A stretch of DNA of 64,000 bases from Gemmatimonadota bacterium (GCA_040389905.1 JAZJZK010000005.1:32001-96000); one strand, 5' to 3'; shown: positions 1 to 10,909, numbered from the stretch's first letter. Made by a program: numbers and translations. The notes: a model not told the origin generated them from the sequence alone.

Positions 1-525
1 CACGTCGAGGAAGGCGCCGCCACCAAGGTCCGCGTTGCCGCGAAAGCCGGGTTGCGCGAGCGGTGGCAGGCCGAAGGAGGCGAATGCGTGGAGCGACCGC
101 CCGAAGGCGGGGTCGCGGATGATCGAGCGGATGGCTTCGATGCGCGGATGATATTGAAACATCAACGCCTCGCAGATGACCAACGCCCGCGAGCGGGCCT
201 CCGCTACCAGCGCGAGTGACTGCGTCGGGCTCGCCGTGAGGCTCTTTTCGCATATCAGGTGCTTCCCCGCGCCCAACACCAACATCCCATGTTCGAAGTG
301 CAGACCGGTGGGTGTCGTCACGTAGACGGCGTCGACCGACGCGTCGCTCAACATCTCCTCCGGAGTCCGCCAACGCTTTGTTCCCCACCGTGCGATGGCG
401 TCCGCAACCTTTTCCTCACTCCGGCTCACCACACCAGCCAGTTCGAGGACATTCGACTCACCGATCGCCGGGAGAATGTTCTTGAACGCATGAGGACCAA
501 GTCCCCATACCGCGATGCGGGTCAT
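1..525 (-). CDS. Gfo/Idh/MocA family NAD(P)-dependent oxidoreductase (runs off the window start)
   Basis: Not in the ORF track; translated by hand from ATG 525: MTRIAVWGLGPHAFKNILPAI...VDAVYVTTPTGLHFEHG...GKHLICEKSLT (Rossmann start plus CEK motif). Confidence 0.85.
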   Translation of the reverse strand, partial: MTRIAVWGLGPHAFKNILPAIGESNVLELAGVVSRSEEKVADAIARWGTKRWRTPEEMLSDASVDAVYVTTPTGLHFEHGMLVLGAGKHLICEKSLTASPTQSLALVAEARSRALVICEALMFQYHPRIEAIRSIIRDPAFGRSLHAFASFGLPPLAQPGFRGNADLGGGAFLDV

Positions 526-529
526 GGTA

Positions 530-1564
530 TCACGTGGGAGTTGTCCCGGTCTTCTCGACGGGCGCGAAACGCTCCACCAGGTAGTACAGGAGAATCAGGA
601 GGCCCGTTGCGGCTCCGACGACGAATCCCCACGATCCGGGATTTCTCCATCCAAACCAGCAGAGCCCGGTAAGAACAAGATCGGCAAGCAGTACGACGAC
701 CGTCACCGGTCCGTGGCGACCAAGACGAAGCGCGGCTCGCTGATAGCCGCTCTCGCGGTGTGTCGTGCGCCAATTCTCACCGCGAAGAATCCGGCGCAGG
801 AGCGTGACGGTCGAATCGAACACGAAGACGCCGAGCAGTGTCAGCCAGCCCACCGCTGGCAGTCCGTTGGTGCGATCGGACGCCAGCGCCAGCACCACAA
901 ACGCATAACCGAGGAAGCCAGAGGCGACGTCCCCCATGAAGACCTTCGCCGGGGGAAGATTCCAGATGAGAAACCCCAGGCTTGCCGCGGCGATGAGAAA
1001 CGCGAGAAATGCGATGCCGGACTGGCCACCAAGGAGGGAAAACACTCCGCCGATCACCCCCACATACACCGCCTCCGAGGCGGCGAGGGCGTCGAGGCCA
1101 TCCATGAAATTGTACGAGCTGATGGCCCAGGTGACGACGAGTATCGAGACGAGGGTGGCAAACGCACCCATGGCTTGGCTTGTGGAACCGAGCCGAAGTA
1201 CCTCGAAACTGCCAAGCCACGAGACGGCCCAGATGGCGGAGGCGAGATGGACCATGAGGCGGACGATCGGGGACACCCCACCGCGATCGTCAATCCAACC
1301 GATGATGGCGACGGCAGCACCGCCGCCGAGCAACACGGGAATCACGTGGCTCGGGAGCCACTGGAGCAGCGTTGCGAGGCCGACGCCGGCAAGGACCACC
1401 AGGACGGCACCGAGTCCGCCTCCCCTGGGCGTTGGAACGGAGTGTGAACTGCGGTGGCTCGGCAGGTCCAGAATGTTCTGGCGCACAAGGTAGCCACGGA
1501 TCATGCCGACCAGTGCCCAGCTCACGGGTGCGGCGACGAGTGCCACGGCGATTCCCGCTTTCAC
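530..1564 (-). CDS. Polyprenyl-phosphate HexNAc-1-phosphate transferase (MraY/WecA/WbpL family)
   Basis: Motifs RSSHSVPTPRGGG, GWIDDR, YNFMDGLD, VFMGDVASGFLG; many TM helices. Confidence 0.92.
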   Translation of the reverse strand: MKAGIAVALVAAPVSWALVGMIRGYLVRQNILDLPSHRSSHSVPTPRGGGLGAVLVVLAGVGLATLLQWLPSHVIPVLLGGGAAVAIIGWIDDRGGVSPIVRLMVHLASAIWAVSWLGSFEVLRLGSTSQAMGAFATLVSILVVTWAISSYNFMDGLDALAASEAVYVGVIGGVFSLLGGQSGIAFLAFLIAAASLGFLIWNLPPAKVFMGDVASGFLGYAFVVLALASDRTNGLPAVGWLTLLGVFVFDSTVTLLRRILRGENWRTTHRESGYQRAALRLGRHGPVTVVVLLADLVLTGLCWFGWRNPGSWGFVVGAATGLLILLYYLVERFAPVEKTGTTPT

Positions 1565-1825
1565 GATGTGCTCCGCATCGGGGCAGAACGGTGTTCGAGC
1601 GCCAGTCTGCGCAGATTCAAGAGTTTCCTACGGCTCAAGCCGTTGCGAGTTCGTCCTGAAGTGGAGCGACAAAGCTAACGCAATGAAGTGCATAGTTCTA
1701 CGCGGTCCAATTTGCGCCTCGGGGTGTGGCAACGGCGTGCTGCGTCCGATAATTTTTCACAAGTAATTCAGCATCCGAATCCGAACTTGGCCGTCGCCGG
1801 CGGCAGCCTGGTTCGACCGTCCCTC

Positions 1826-3103
1826 ATGTCCAGCGGAATGCCTCGCGACAAAGAAAGCGTTCTGGTTCTTACCATGCTGTACGCGCCGGAACCGAATTTC
1901 ATCACGCAAGACGTGGCGAACGCGTTCGCGCGGACGGCGGATGTCACGGTCATCACGGCATTCCCGAACTACCCGCTCAGCGGGTTCTACGACGGCAAGT
2001 GGCATTTTCTCCCGAGGAAGACCGTCGAGGGCGAGGTGACGGTCTGGCGGGTGCCGATGTTTCCGGACCGAAGCCGTTCCCAGCTTCGTCGCGCCCTGTC
2101 CTACATCTCGTTCACGTTGTCCGCCTGTCTGGTCGCGCCATTCGTCGGGGGCATGCCACGGGTGGTCTGGGTCTACAACACCCCGTTCACCATCGGCTGG
2201 GCCGCCCTGTGGTTCAAGGCGCTTTTCGGGTCGCAGCTCGTCTTCACCTATTCGGATCTCTGGCCGGAGAGCTTTCTCGCCACCGGTGTGTCCCGGCCGG
2301 GACGCCTGATCGACATCCTGTTCGCGTTTCGCCGCTGGATCAATGAGAAGGCCGACGTGATTTTCGGGTCGACTCGGGGGACGGTGAAGCGCTTCGAGCA
2401 GGACGGAGTACCGGCGAGCCGCCTCCACTACATCCCGGTGTGGGTTCAGGGAATTCAGGAAGCGGAGCCGGAACAGCCCGATACGCCGCCGCGAATCGTC
2501 TACGCGGGAAACATGGGAACGGGGCAGAATCTCGACTGCGTTGTGCGAGCCGCCGGGCTCATGGCGAAGGCGGGCAGCCCAGTGCGCTTCGATTTCTACG
2601 GGTACGGGGTCGAGGAGGAACGCCTGAAGGCACTCGCCCATGAAGTGCAGGCCACGAATCTCAAGTTCCACGGCCGCGTCAGCTCGGACGAGGCGTTTCG
2701 CGTGTCGTCGAGGGCATTGGCGCAGGTCGTCACGCTGCGGCCGGATCCCATGTTCGACATGACGCTTCCCTCGAAGCTCCCATTTTGCTTCGCGGCGGGC
2801 GCGCCGGTTCTGTACTCACTGCGCGGCGAGGCGGCCTCCGTCGCTGATCAGTCCGGTGCAGGCTTCGCGTTCGACGGAGACGATCCGATGACTTTCGTTC
2901 AGCGCGTCGAGGAGCTTCTGGCGATGAGCGCGCACCAACGCCGCATGCTCGGCGAGCGGTTGCGTGCTCACTACCGTACAGAGTTCAGCCGCGAGATGCT
3001 ACTGAGCCGGTATCAGGCTATCATTCTCGGACTCGGCAATTCTCCTGTCGATGGAGTGGGAACGTCGCCCCGAAGCGAGTCCGCTCTGGCTCCGAAGCTG
3101 TAG
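1826..3103 (+). CDS. GT4 glycosyltransferase, WbuB-like (L-FucNAc/L-QuiNAc transferase type)
   Basis: YAPE, VTVITAFPNYP, DLWPES, YAGNMG.GQNL and TLPSKL motifs; lies upstream of the fnlA cassette. Start uncertain (1826 or 1838). Confidence 0.8.
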   Translation: MSSGMPRDKESVLVLTMLYAPEPNFITQDVANAFARTADVTVITAFPNYPLSGFYDGKWHFLPRKTVEGEVTVWRVPMFPDRSRSQLRRALSYISFTLSACLVAPFVGGMPRVVWVYNTPFTIGWAALWFKALFGSQLVFTYSDLWPESFLATGVSRPGRLIDILFAFRRWINEKADVIFGSTRGTVKRFEQDGVPASRLHYIPVWVQGIQEAEPEQPDTPPRIVYAGNMGTGQNLDCVVRAAGLMAKAGSPVRFDFYGYGVEEERLKALAHEVQATNLKFHGRVSSDEAFRVSSRALAQVVTLRPDPMFDMTLPSKLPFCFAAGAPVLYSLRGEAASVADQSGAGFAFDGDDPMTFVQRVEELLAMSAHQRRMLGERLRAHYRTEFSREMLLSRYQAIILGLGNSPVDGVGTSPRSESALAPKL

Positions 3104-3176
3104 TTCCGCGAATACATTAGCCACAGACGTCCGGCCCAGGTCGCGACGTCCTTTTTCCATGTTCTTCGTCCACTGA

Positions 3177-4094
3177 ATGGCGCACAAGAGAATTCTGATC
3201 GTCGGTGGCACCGGCATGCTGGGGCACAAGCTCGCGCAGGTGGCGGCTGCCGCCGGAGACATCGAGACGCATGTCACCTGTCGTCAGCTACCTGCCGAGC
3301 GATTCCGAGCGGCGGGCGCGACCTATCATTCCGGCGTGGAACTCGGGGTGGAGCACGCACGCCTGTCTGCCACCGTGAAGGATGTCTCGCCCGATTTCGT
3401 GCTCAATGCGGCGGGCGCGATCAAGCACCGAGACCTGTCGTCCGATGCGGCAGGCACCCTGTTTCTCAACGGCGCGCTGCCGCATGCGCTCGCCGCCATG
3501 AACCCGAATCCGGCCGGCCGGGTCATCCACTTTTCGACCGACTGCGTGTTCACCGGCGCGAAGGGTGACTATCGCGAAGCGGACCAGCCGGACGCCGGCG
3601 ACTTGTATGGACTTTCGAAGGCGGCAGGGGAACTGCGGTACGCGCCGCACCTGACGATCAGGACGTCCATCATCGGATTCGAGCTCGCGAATCACCTGGG
3701 GCTGCTCGCGTGGTTCATGCGGCAGCCGCAGGGCTCCACGGTGAAGGGCTACACGCGCGCTATTTTCAGTGGACTCCCGACGGTTACCTTGAGCCGCCTG
3801 GTGCTGGAGCTCGTGCGAGGCGACACGCCCTTGACCGGTCTCTACCACGTGGCGTCTGAACCCATCGCGAAGGTGGATTTGCTCACGCGAATTCGGGACG
3901 CCTTTCAACTCGACCGAACGATCGTTCCGTCGAGCGACGTTGCCATTGACCGCTCGCTCGACGACACACGTTTTCGCGACGCGACGGGAACGAGCCGGCC
4001 CGGGTGGGACGCGCTCATCGAGGAAATGAAGCAGGATTACCAGTCGCTCCCGTATGACGTGGGCGTAACGAACATCGTGGAGGCAAGTACGTGA
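3177..4094 (+). CDS. RmlD-like SDR nucleotide-sugar 4-reductase (QnlA/WbvR-like)
   Basis: GGTGMLG, HFSTDCVF.G, DLYGLSK, RTSIIG.EL motifs; GTGA overlap with the fnlA-like gene. Confidence 0.8.
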   Translation: MAHKRILIVGGTGMLGHKLAQVAAAAGDIETHVTCRQLPAERFRAAGATYHSGVELGVEHARLSATVKDVSPDFVLNAAGAIKHRDLSSDAAGTLFLNGALPHALAAMNPNPAGRVIHFSTDCVFTGAKGDYREADQPDAGDLYGLSKAAGELRYAPHLTIRTSIIGFELANHLGLLAWFMRQPQGSTVKGYTRAIFSGLPTVTLSRLVLELVRGDTPLTGLYHVASEPIAKVDLLTRIRDAFQLDRTIVPSSDVAIDRSLDDTRFRDATGTSRPGWDALIEEMKQDYQSLPYDVGVTNIVEAST

Positions 4095-5173
4095 AGCTCA
4101 CTACCGAGCGGCGGACGCTCGACGGCGCCAATGTTCTCATCCTCGGAGGCACGGGCTCGCTGGGACAGCGCCTGTTCCACCGCCTCGCCACCGACGAAGC
4201 CGGCAGGGCAGAATCCGTGACGGTGCTGTCGCGCGACGAGGCGAAGCAGCACTACATGCGCCTCGACATCATGAACGCGGCCAGTGCGACGGACGACGTG
4301 ATCTACCGCGAGAGCGCCTCGCGCGTCCGGTTCGTCATCGGTGATGTGCGGAATTACCCGGACATGCGCCGAGCCGTGGACCGTGCCGACGTCATTTTCC
4401 ATGCGGCGGCGCTGAAGCAGGTGCCCACCTGTGAGTACTTCGGATCGGCCGCTGTGGACACCAATGTCTACGGCGCCATCAACCTGGCGCGCGCGATCGT
4501 GGAGTCGCCCCAGCGTGAGAAGCACGTCGTCGGCATCTCGACGGACAAGGCGTGCAAGCCGGTCAACTTGATGGGAATGACGAAGGCCATTCAAGAGCGC
4601 ATCCTCATCCAGGCGGCGCTGGAATCACCGGGGGCGCGCGTCTCCAACGTTCGTTACGGCAACGTGATGGCCTCGCGCGGATCGGCGGTGCCCTTCTTCA
4701 TCGACCTCGTGCGCAGCGGCCGGAAGATTCCGATCACGGACGAGCGCATGACGCGCTTCCTCATGACGCTCGACCAGTCGGTGGACCTCATCCTGGCCGC
4801 GTTTCGGGGCGCACGCACGGGAGAGACCTACCTCCCGATGGTGCCCTGTGCGAAAGTCACGGACATGGCCTTCGCGATTGCCGGCCGCGACGACTATCCC
4901 ATCGAGATCACCGGCATTCGCCCGGGTGAAAAGATCCACGAAATCCTGATCAGCGAAGAAGAGATTTCGCGCACCGAGCTGCGTGGCGACAACCTCGTCA
5001 TCCTGCCGATCCTCCCGGAGCTTCGCACCGAAGCACCCGCAAACCAGGATTTTCCCTTCGACGGCGAGTATACCTCCGCCCAGAACAACCTCGATCTCGC
5101 GGGCGTGAAGGAACTGCTCGAGCGACACAAGCTCACGGCGCACACCGCGGCGGCGGTGCCCGCATACGCCTGA
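4091..5173 (+). CDS. fnlA: UDP-GlcNAc 4,6-dehydratase/5-epimerase (FnlA/CapE/WbjB/WbvB type)
   Basis: GGTGSLG, SRDEAKQ, HAAALKQVPTCEY, STDKA, MGMTK (MxxxK), RYGNVMASRGS, GIRPGEKIHE. Confidence 0.8.
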   Translation: MKLTTERRTLDGANVLILGGTGSLGQRLFHRLATDEAGRAESVTVLSRDEAKQHYMRLDIMNAASATDDVIYRESASRVRFVIGDVRNYPDMRRAVDRADVIFHAAALKQVPTCEYFGSAAVDTNVYGAINLARAIVESPQREKHVVGISTDKACKPVNLMGMTKAIQERILIQAALESPGARVSNVRYGNVMASRGSAVPFFIDLVRSGRKIPITDERMTRFLMTLDQSVDLILAAFRGARTGETYLPMVPCAKVTDMAFAIAGRDDYPIEITGIRPGEKIHEILISEEEISRTELRGDNLVILPILPELRTEAPANQDFPFDGEYTSAQNNLDLAGVKELLERHKLTAHTAAAVPAYA

Positions 5174-5175
5174 CG

Positions 5176-6258
5176 ATGCGGATCCTCACCGTCGTCGGTA
5201 CGCGGCCCGAAATCATCAGGTTGTCGGTCCTGATTCCGAAGCTCGATGCGCACTTCGACCATGTGCTCGTGCACACGGGACAGAATCATTCGGCCAACCT
5301 GAGCGACATCTTCTTTCGCGACCTCAAGGTGCGGCAGCCGGACCGCTTTCTTGGCGTCGACACCTCGTCGTTCGCGGCGCAGCTCGCGGGGTTGTTCACG
5401 GGCTTCGAACAGGTACTCGATAGCTACCAGCCCGATCGCGTCCTCATACTCGGCGACACGAATTCCGGCCTGCTCGCGTACAACGCCAAGCGCCGCCAGA
5501 TCCCGGTCTTCCACATGGAAGCGGGTAACCGCTGCTTCGACGATCGCGTACCGGAGGAAGTGAACCGAAAGGTCATCGATCACTGCAGCCGAGTGCTGAT
5601 GCCGTACACGCACCGGAGCGCGGCGAACCTGGTCGAAGAGGGAATCGCACGGCACCGCATCTTCGTCACCGGCAATCCCATCTTCGAAGTGCTGAACGCC
5701 TTCGAGGCGGAGATCGAGGCGTCGGATGCCCTGGCGCGCCACGGTGTGGAGAAGGGGGAATACCTCCTCGCCACGATGCATCGCGCCGAGAACGTCGACG
5801 ACCCGGCGACGTTTCAGGGACTTTGCTCTGCGCTTGGCCGCGTCGCCGCCATGTACGATCGGCCGCTGATCCTCAGCGTGCATCCGCGCATCCGCGATCG
5901 CCTGACCGCGAGCTCCTTTCCCGAAGGCGAGGTGCGGAGCATCGAGGCGATGCCATTCTTCGAATTCGTGAAGCTCCAGAAGAACGCGGCGCTCGTGCTG
6001 TCGGACAGCGGCACCGTGCAGGAGGAATGCGCGATCTACGGCATTCCCACGGTGACCATTCGCGAGACGACGGAACGTCCTGAAACCGTCGAGTGTGGCT
6101 CGAACCTCATTGGCACCACCAACCCCGACCGCATCGTGGCGGCGGCGCGTTTCCTTCGTTCGCAGGGGACGCGCGCCGACTGGGCCCCGCCGCCGGAGTA
6201 CGTCGTGCCCAACGTGTCGGATATCGTGACGAAGATCCTGCTGGGGAACATTCCGTAG
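5176..6258 (+). CDS. Non-hydrolysing UDP-HexNAc 2-epimerase (WbjD/FnlC/QnlB/WbvD type)
   Basis: VVGTRPEIIRLS, HTGQN, LGDTNS, HMEAGNRCFD.RVPEE.NR, SDSGTVQEE, TERPET. Confidence 0.9.
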   Translation: MRILTVVGTRPEIIRLSVLIPKLDAHFDHVLVHTGQNHSANLSDIFFRDLKVRQPDRFLGVDTSSFAAQLAGLFTGFEQVLDSYQPDRVLILGDTNSGLLAYNAKRRQIPVFHMEAGNRCFDDRVPEEVNRKVIDHCSRVLMPYTHRSAANLVEEGIARHRIFVTGNPIFEVLNAFEAEIEASDALARHGVEKGEYLLATMHRAENVDDPATFQGLCSALGRVAAMYDRPLILSVHPRIRDRLTASSFPEGEVRSIEAMPFFEFVKLQKNAALVLSDSGTVQEECAIYGIPTVTIRETTERPETVECGSNLIGTTNPDRIVAAARFLRSQGTRADWAPPPEYVVPNVSDIVTKILLGNIP

Positions 6259-6267
6259 CGGCTGACT

Positions 6268-6506
6268 CGGGCGCTTAATAATGCGCCGGCACATTGAACC
6301 GGGCGCTTAATTAAATTCGCCGGCACATTGAACGCGGGTTGAGCGGATTGAAGCGGATACGATCGGATCCACTCGAGTTGGTTCGAGTGGCAGAGCGCCA
6401 CTCTGCGTGCGGCCATCAAGGTGTTTTGCTTTGAATGGCGCGTGTCCAGGGTAGATGCGCACTGGACAATCCGCATGATCCGTTCAAATCCGTACAATCT
6501 GCGGTC
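6268..6506. repeat. Palindromic intergenic element, family A (CGCCGGCACATTGAACGCGG...CGGAT units), with a tandem duplication of its left end
   Basis: 6268-6299 and 6300-6333 are near-identical direct repeats. CGGAT units at about 6335-6368 face ATCCG units at 6468-6506. The arm matches 36729-36856. Lies between convergent genes. Confidence 0.8.
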
Positions 6507-6579
6507 GCCGTAGGTGACCGGTCAGTTGCCGTTCCGCTCGTTTTGCCGAGGGGGCCGGCACACCCCGCGGCGGCCAGTG

Positions 6580-7587
6580 TCAGACCTTGTAGTACCCCCG
6601 ATACCACTCGACGAAGCGCCGCACACCGGACTCCAGCGACGTACTTGGCGCGAAGCCAACATCGCGCGCGAGGTCGTCCACGTCAGCCGCCGTGGCGCGC
6701 ACGTCACCCGGCTGCATCGGCAACAGATTCTGCTGCGCCTTCATCCCGAGGCAATCCTCGAGAATCTCGATCAGACTCGTGAGCTTGGCGGGATTGTTGT
6801 TTCCGATGTTGTACAAGCGATAGGGCGCACTGCTCGTCGCCGTGTCGGGATGGTCCGATGACCAGTCCGGGTTCGGCGCCGCAATGTTGTCACTCGTGCG
6901 GATTACACCCTCGACGATGTCGTCGATATAGGTGAAGTCACGCTCCATGTCCCCGCGATTGAACACGTCGATCGGCCGGCCGGCGAGGATGGCGCGTGTG
7001 AAGAGGAACATCGCCATGTCGGGGCGGCCCCACGGTCCGTAGACCGTGAAGAAACGAAGTCCCGTGGTCGGCAGCCGGTAGAGATGGCTGTACGTGTGCG
7101 CCATCAGCTCGTTCGCCTTTTTCGTGGCGGCATACAGGCTGAGCGGATGGTCGACGTTGTCGTGTACCGAGAACGGAAACGTCGTATTCGAGCCGTACAC
7201 CGACGACGACGACGCGTACGTGAGGTGCTGGACACCGGAGTGCCGGCAGCCTTCGAGGATCGCCGTGAAGCCGGTGAGATTACTGTCGATGTACGCGAAC
7301 GGATTCGTGAGGGAATAGCGCACGCCGGCTTGCGCAGCCAGGTGAATGACGCGGTCGAACTTTTCGCGAGCGAATAGCTCCGCCATCCCCGCAAGGTCCG
7401 AGAGGTCCATTTTCACGAACCGGAACGCCGGCTTCTCGCTGAGCCGAGCCAATCGCGCTTCCTTGAGCGTGACATCGTAATAGTCATTCAGGTTGTCGAG
7501 CCCGACGACCGAGTCGCCGCGATCGAGCAGCCGATGTGACGTATGCGAACCGATGAAGCCTGCCGCTCCGGTGACTAGTACTTTCAT
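6580..7587 (-). CDS. UDP-glucuronate 4-epimerase (CapI/Uge/LpsL-type SDR)
   Basis: [58 protein letters not shown]. Confidence 0.92.
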   Translation of the reverse strand: MKVLVTGAAGFIGSHTSHRLLDRGDSVVGLDNLNDYYDVTLKEARLARLSEKPAFRFVKMDLSDLAGMAELFAREKFDRVIHLAAQAGVRYSLTNPFAYIDSNLTGFTAILEGCRHSGVQHLTYASSSSVYGSNTTFPFSVHDNVDHPLSLYAATKKANELMAHTYSHLYRLPTTGLRFFTVYGPWGRPDMAMFLFTRAILAGRPIDVFNRGDMERDFTYIDDIVEGVIRTSDNIAAPNPDWSSDHPDTATSSAPYRLYNIGNNNPAKLTSLIEILEDCLGMKAQQNLLPMQPGDVRATAADVDDLARDVGFAPSTSLESGVRRFVEWYRGYYKV

Positions 7588-7666
7588 ACGGGAGAATGGG
7601 AGAATGAAACGGCGCACGCGGCGCAGTAACGGTTGAGAAGGTTAGTGGAAAAACAGCCTCGCGCAA

Positions 7667-8788
7667 TCACGAGAGAAAGGGCGACGTGGCCTGTGCCAGG
7701 GTGGTTCCATTTCTGGATCGGTAATAGAGCGCGGCGTCGCTGGTCCGACTGCGCGCGGCATTGACCGCAGCCGCGTCGCGAAGCGAACGCGCGATTGATT
7801 CCAGCGTGACCTGAGCCGCACCGTTGCGAACCGAGAAGCCGGCGCCGAAGTGCGAGCACACGGTGTCGCTGGCCGTGCCTGCGGGGCCGACGTACAGGGT
7901 CGCAATACCGTATCTGAGGTATGCGCCGTACTTGCTGGGGCTCAGAAGGCCCGCGACCTCATCGTCCAACAGCACGACTCCCGCGTGAATCCGCCGCTCA
8001 CGGAACACGGCGCCAAGCTCGGCAAACGGTGTTCGCGGCAGCGCTTCGACCGCGCAGCCCGCTCTCCAGCCCACTTCCCGGAACCGGGCTTCCCCCTCCG
8101 CGGCGACACCGACGAGAAACACGCGCACCGGGCCATGCCGCGCACATTCGGCGAGCAACGTTTCGAGCGTTTCAAGGGGATGGGAGTATCCAAGGTTCCC
8201 CACGTACGCAACGCGCAGTTCCGCCGCGAGCTCTTCCCCAGTCACCTGAGGTGCGGACTCGTGGATCACGCCAGGAATGCCATTCCACGTTGGGTGCTGA
8301 ATGAGCGGGACGCGAGGGGCGTGCGCGCGAACCAGCTCTTCCATTGCATTGTCGAGTACGATCGCGAAGCGCGCACGGAGCAGGAGTTGCGCGTCGATCC
8401 GCCGGATCACCTTCGCGACCCACCCAAGCGAGTGGCGATCGAGCGCTCTGGCCTCGAGCTCCGGGTGGTAATCCATCAGCCAGACGCCAACCGGAATTCG
8501 GCAAATGCGTCCGATGAAAATGCACCAGAGGTGCAGGCCGGGCGGAGAGGTGCGGGCAAGAATGAAATCGAAGCGCTCCCGCAACAGAATCACGGGGAGA
8601 CGGAGGTACATGTACGCGGCGACCAGCAGCCGAAATGGGTGCGTGCCGCCGGGGATGTACCGGTTGAAGAAGCCGCGGAAAAAGCGGACATCGATGTCGG
8701 GACGAATCGCCGCGAGCGCGGCGATGTAATCCTCGGACATCGGGTCGATGACGGCGGGTCCAAACTCGCTCACGAACAACAGCTTCAT
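7667..8788 (-). CDS. Divergent GT4-like glycosyltransferase
   Basis: TSPP, WLMDYHPE, YVGNLGYSH and SPSK motifs resembling WbuB/WcaI-type GT4. Start placed at ATG 8788 (MKLLFVSEF). Confidence 0.65.
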   Translation of the reverse strand: MKLLFVSEFGPAVIDPMSEDYIAALAAIRPDIDVRFFRGFFNRYIPGGTHPFRLLVAAYMYLRLPVILLRERFDFILARTSPPGLHLWCIFIGRICRIPVGVWLMDYHPELEARALDRHSLGWVAKVIRRIDAQLLLRARFAIVLDNAMEELVRAHAPRVPLIQHPTWNGIPGVIHESAPQVTGEELAAELRVAYVGNLGYSHPLETLETLLAECARHGPVRVFLVGVAAEGEARFREVGWRAGCAVEALPRTPFAELGAVFRERRIHAGVVLLDDEVAGLLSPSKYGAYLRYGIATLYVGPAGTASDTVCSHFGAGFSVRNGAAQVTLESIARSLRDAAAVNAARSRTSDAALYYRSRNGTTLAQATSPFLS

Positions 8789-8851
8789 GGTCGAGGCAGC
8801 GCACGCGTGACTGGGGACGCCCTCAATCGCACGACTGTTCTCGGCCAACCG

Positions 8852-9904
8852 TCACGACAACCGGGCTCGCCAGTTCTCGACGATTTGACGGATGGTTTCG
8901 GGCAAGGAAACCGAGATGTCCCACGACGGAAAGTGCTCGCGCATCTTGGCGAGGTCGCTGTAGTAGCAGATATGGTCGCCGTCGCGATGCTTGTCCGAAT
9001 AGGTCCATTGCATGGGAATATCGGAACACGCCTCGACCAACTGAAACGCCTCGAGGATGCTGCAGCTATTCCCCTTGCCGCCGCCGAGGTTGTACACCTC
9101 CGCGACACGAGGCGCCGAGATGAACGCGTCGATGAAGCGCGCGACATCCGCCGAGTGGATATTGTCGCGCACCTGCTTTCCCTTGTACCCGAAGATCGTG
9201 TATCGTCGCTTCTCGAGATTGCACTTCACAAGATAGCTGAGAAAGCCGTGGAGCTCGACGCCGGAGTGATTCGGCCCGGTCAGACATCCGCCACGCAGGC
9301 AACACGTGGGCATCCCGAAGTGGCTGCCGTACTCCTGGACCATGACGTCCGCGGCGACTTTCGACGCTCCGAACAGGGAGTGTCTCGACTGATCGATGGT
9401 GAAGCTCTCGGCGATGCCGTTGACGTGCCGGTCGTCGGCGAAATCCCACCGCGTCTCCGTTTCGACGAGCGGGATGAGATTCGGCGCGTCGCCGTACACC
9501 TTGTTCGTGGACATGTGCGCGAAGGGCGCGTCGGCGCAATACTGCCGCGTGGCCTCCAGCACGTTGAGCGTTCCGACGGCGTTGGTATCGAAGTCGTCGA
9601 AGGGGATGGTCGCGGCGTGCGCGTGCGACGGCTGCGCGGCGGCATGGACCACCGCGTGCGGCCGCACGGCCCGAAACAGGTCGAGGACACCGTTGCGGTT
9701 CCGTACGTCCAGCTCATAGTGGCGGTAGGAACGAAGCTCGCGAAGCAGCCGCTCCTCATTCCAACGCGTATCCCCGTCCGGCCCGAAGAAGACCGCGCGC
9801 TGATTGCTGTCGAGACCGTGCACTTCCCATCCTTTCGCATGGAAATAAGCGCACACCTCGGAGCCGATGAGTCCCGAGCTTCCTGTGACGAGTATTCGTT
9901 GCAT
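8852..9904 (-). CDS. NAD-dependent epimerase, CDP-paratose 2-epimerase (RfbE/Tyv)-like
   Basis: [53 protein letters not shown]. Confidence 0.82.
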   Translation of the reverse strand: MQRILVTGSSGLIGSEVCAYFHAKGWEVHGLDSNQRAVFFGPDGDTRWNEERLLRELRSYRHYELDVRNRNGVLDLFRAVRPHAVVHAAAQPSHAHAATIPFDDFDTNAVGTLNVLEATRQYCADAPFAHMSTNKVYGDAPNLIPLVETETRWDFADDRHVNGIAESFTIDQSRHSLFGASKVAADVMVQEYGSHFGMPTCCLRGGCLTGPNHSGVELHGFLSYLVKCNLEKRRYTIFGYKGKQVRDNIHSADVARFIDAFISAPRVAEVYNLGGGKGNSCSILEAFQLVEACSDIPMQWTYSDKHRDGDHICYYSDLAKMREHFPSWDISVSLPETIRQIVENWRARLS

Positions 9905-10069
9905 TCAGCGGAGAATGGAAGACCGAATGGGAGCCGATCGACCCTGTTGGCCGTGCAGCGGCCGAGTCAGGAGGTCGAGGGAATCACAAAGATAACCACC
10001 TGCCGAAAGATACGGCTGTGGCGATACCTTTCGCGCAAGGACTCTCGTTTGCCCCCACCGGCCAGGTTC

Positions 10070-10909
10070 GTGAAGATCAGCATCGCCGTTCCGTCTCTGA
10101 ACCAAGGTTCCTTCCTCGGCACCTGTCTCGAGAGCATCCGGACGCAGACACATGAGGATTTCGAGGCGCTGATTGCCGACGGCGGTTCGACCGATGCGTC
10201 GCGCGAGATCATCGACGAGTACGTGAAACGGGATGGGCGATTCCGGCTGGTCAGCGTGTCGGATCAGGGTCAAGCCGATGCCGTCAACAAGGCGCTCGCG
10301 CTCGCAACGGGTGACATTCACTGTTTCCTGAACGCGGATGATCAGTTTCTGTGCAGCGACGCGTTCGAGGCGATCGTGTCGGCGTTTCTCGGGTATTCCA
10401 CGATGAGCATCGTCAGCTTTACCGGCTGGTCGATCGACGAACGGGGGCATCCGGTGCGGCGTCTCCGCCTGCGATACCATCCACGCGACAACTTCGAATG
10501 GATGCAACGCCGAACCGCGGTCGTTCAGCCTGCGACATTCTGGCGCGCGGAAGTTACGCGTCGACTCCCATTCCGGGCAGAGCTGCAGTATGCGTTCGAC
10601 TCGTGGTTCTTCTACGAGGCCTATCGAGCGTTCGGATGGATCGAGCTCGAAAAGCCGGTCGCGGGCGCTCGGCTGCAGGCAGGCAGCAAGTCGCTGGGGA
10701 TACGATCCGAGCGAATTTCCGAGTTTGCGCGGCTGGAGACCTTCAAATACGGGCCGGGTTCGTGGCGCGGAGCCTACCTGCATCTCGTGAGCGGGCTGGT
10801 CGGAGTCGCTGGAGCCATTCCCGTTGCCGGACCGTTCCTGCAGCGGACGATCTACGTCACGGTCAACGCGCTCGCGTACCTCTCGTTTTATCGCCTTCCG
10901 AGCATGTGA
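10070..10909 (+). CDS. GT2 family glycosyltransferase
   Basis: C-terminal part of track ORF 7850..10909: GTG-KISIAVPSLNQG, DGGSTD, DQGQADAVNK, FLNADD, QPATFWR. Confidence 0.88.
   Translation: MKISIAVPSLNQGSFLGTCLESIRTQTHEDFEALIADGGSTDASREIIDEYVKRDGRFRLVSVSDQGQADAVNKALALATGDIHCFLNADDQFLCSDAFEAIVSAFLGYSTMSIVSFTGWSIDERGHPVRRLRLRYHPRDNFEWMQRRTAVVQPATFWRAEVTRRLPFRAELQYAFDSWFFYEAYRAFGWIELEKPVAGARLQAGSKSLGIRSERISEFARLETFKYGPGSWRGAYLHLVSGLVGVAGAIPVAGPFLQRTIYVTVNALAYLSFYRLPSM

Noticed and set aside
4091..5173. Calling this gene pseB
   Set aside because: MxxxK and GNVMASRGS motifs, and linkage to a reductase and 2-epimerase, fit FnlA/CapE better.
7850..10069. 1019-aa ORF suggesting a giant GT2 fusion protein
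   Set aside because: The first ~740 codons are the antisense shadow of two real minus-strand genes; only the part from GTG 10070 has GT2 motifs.
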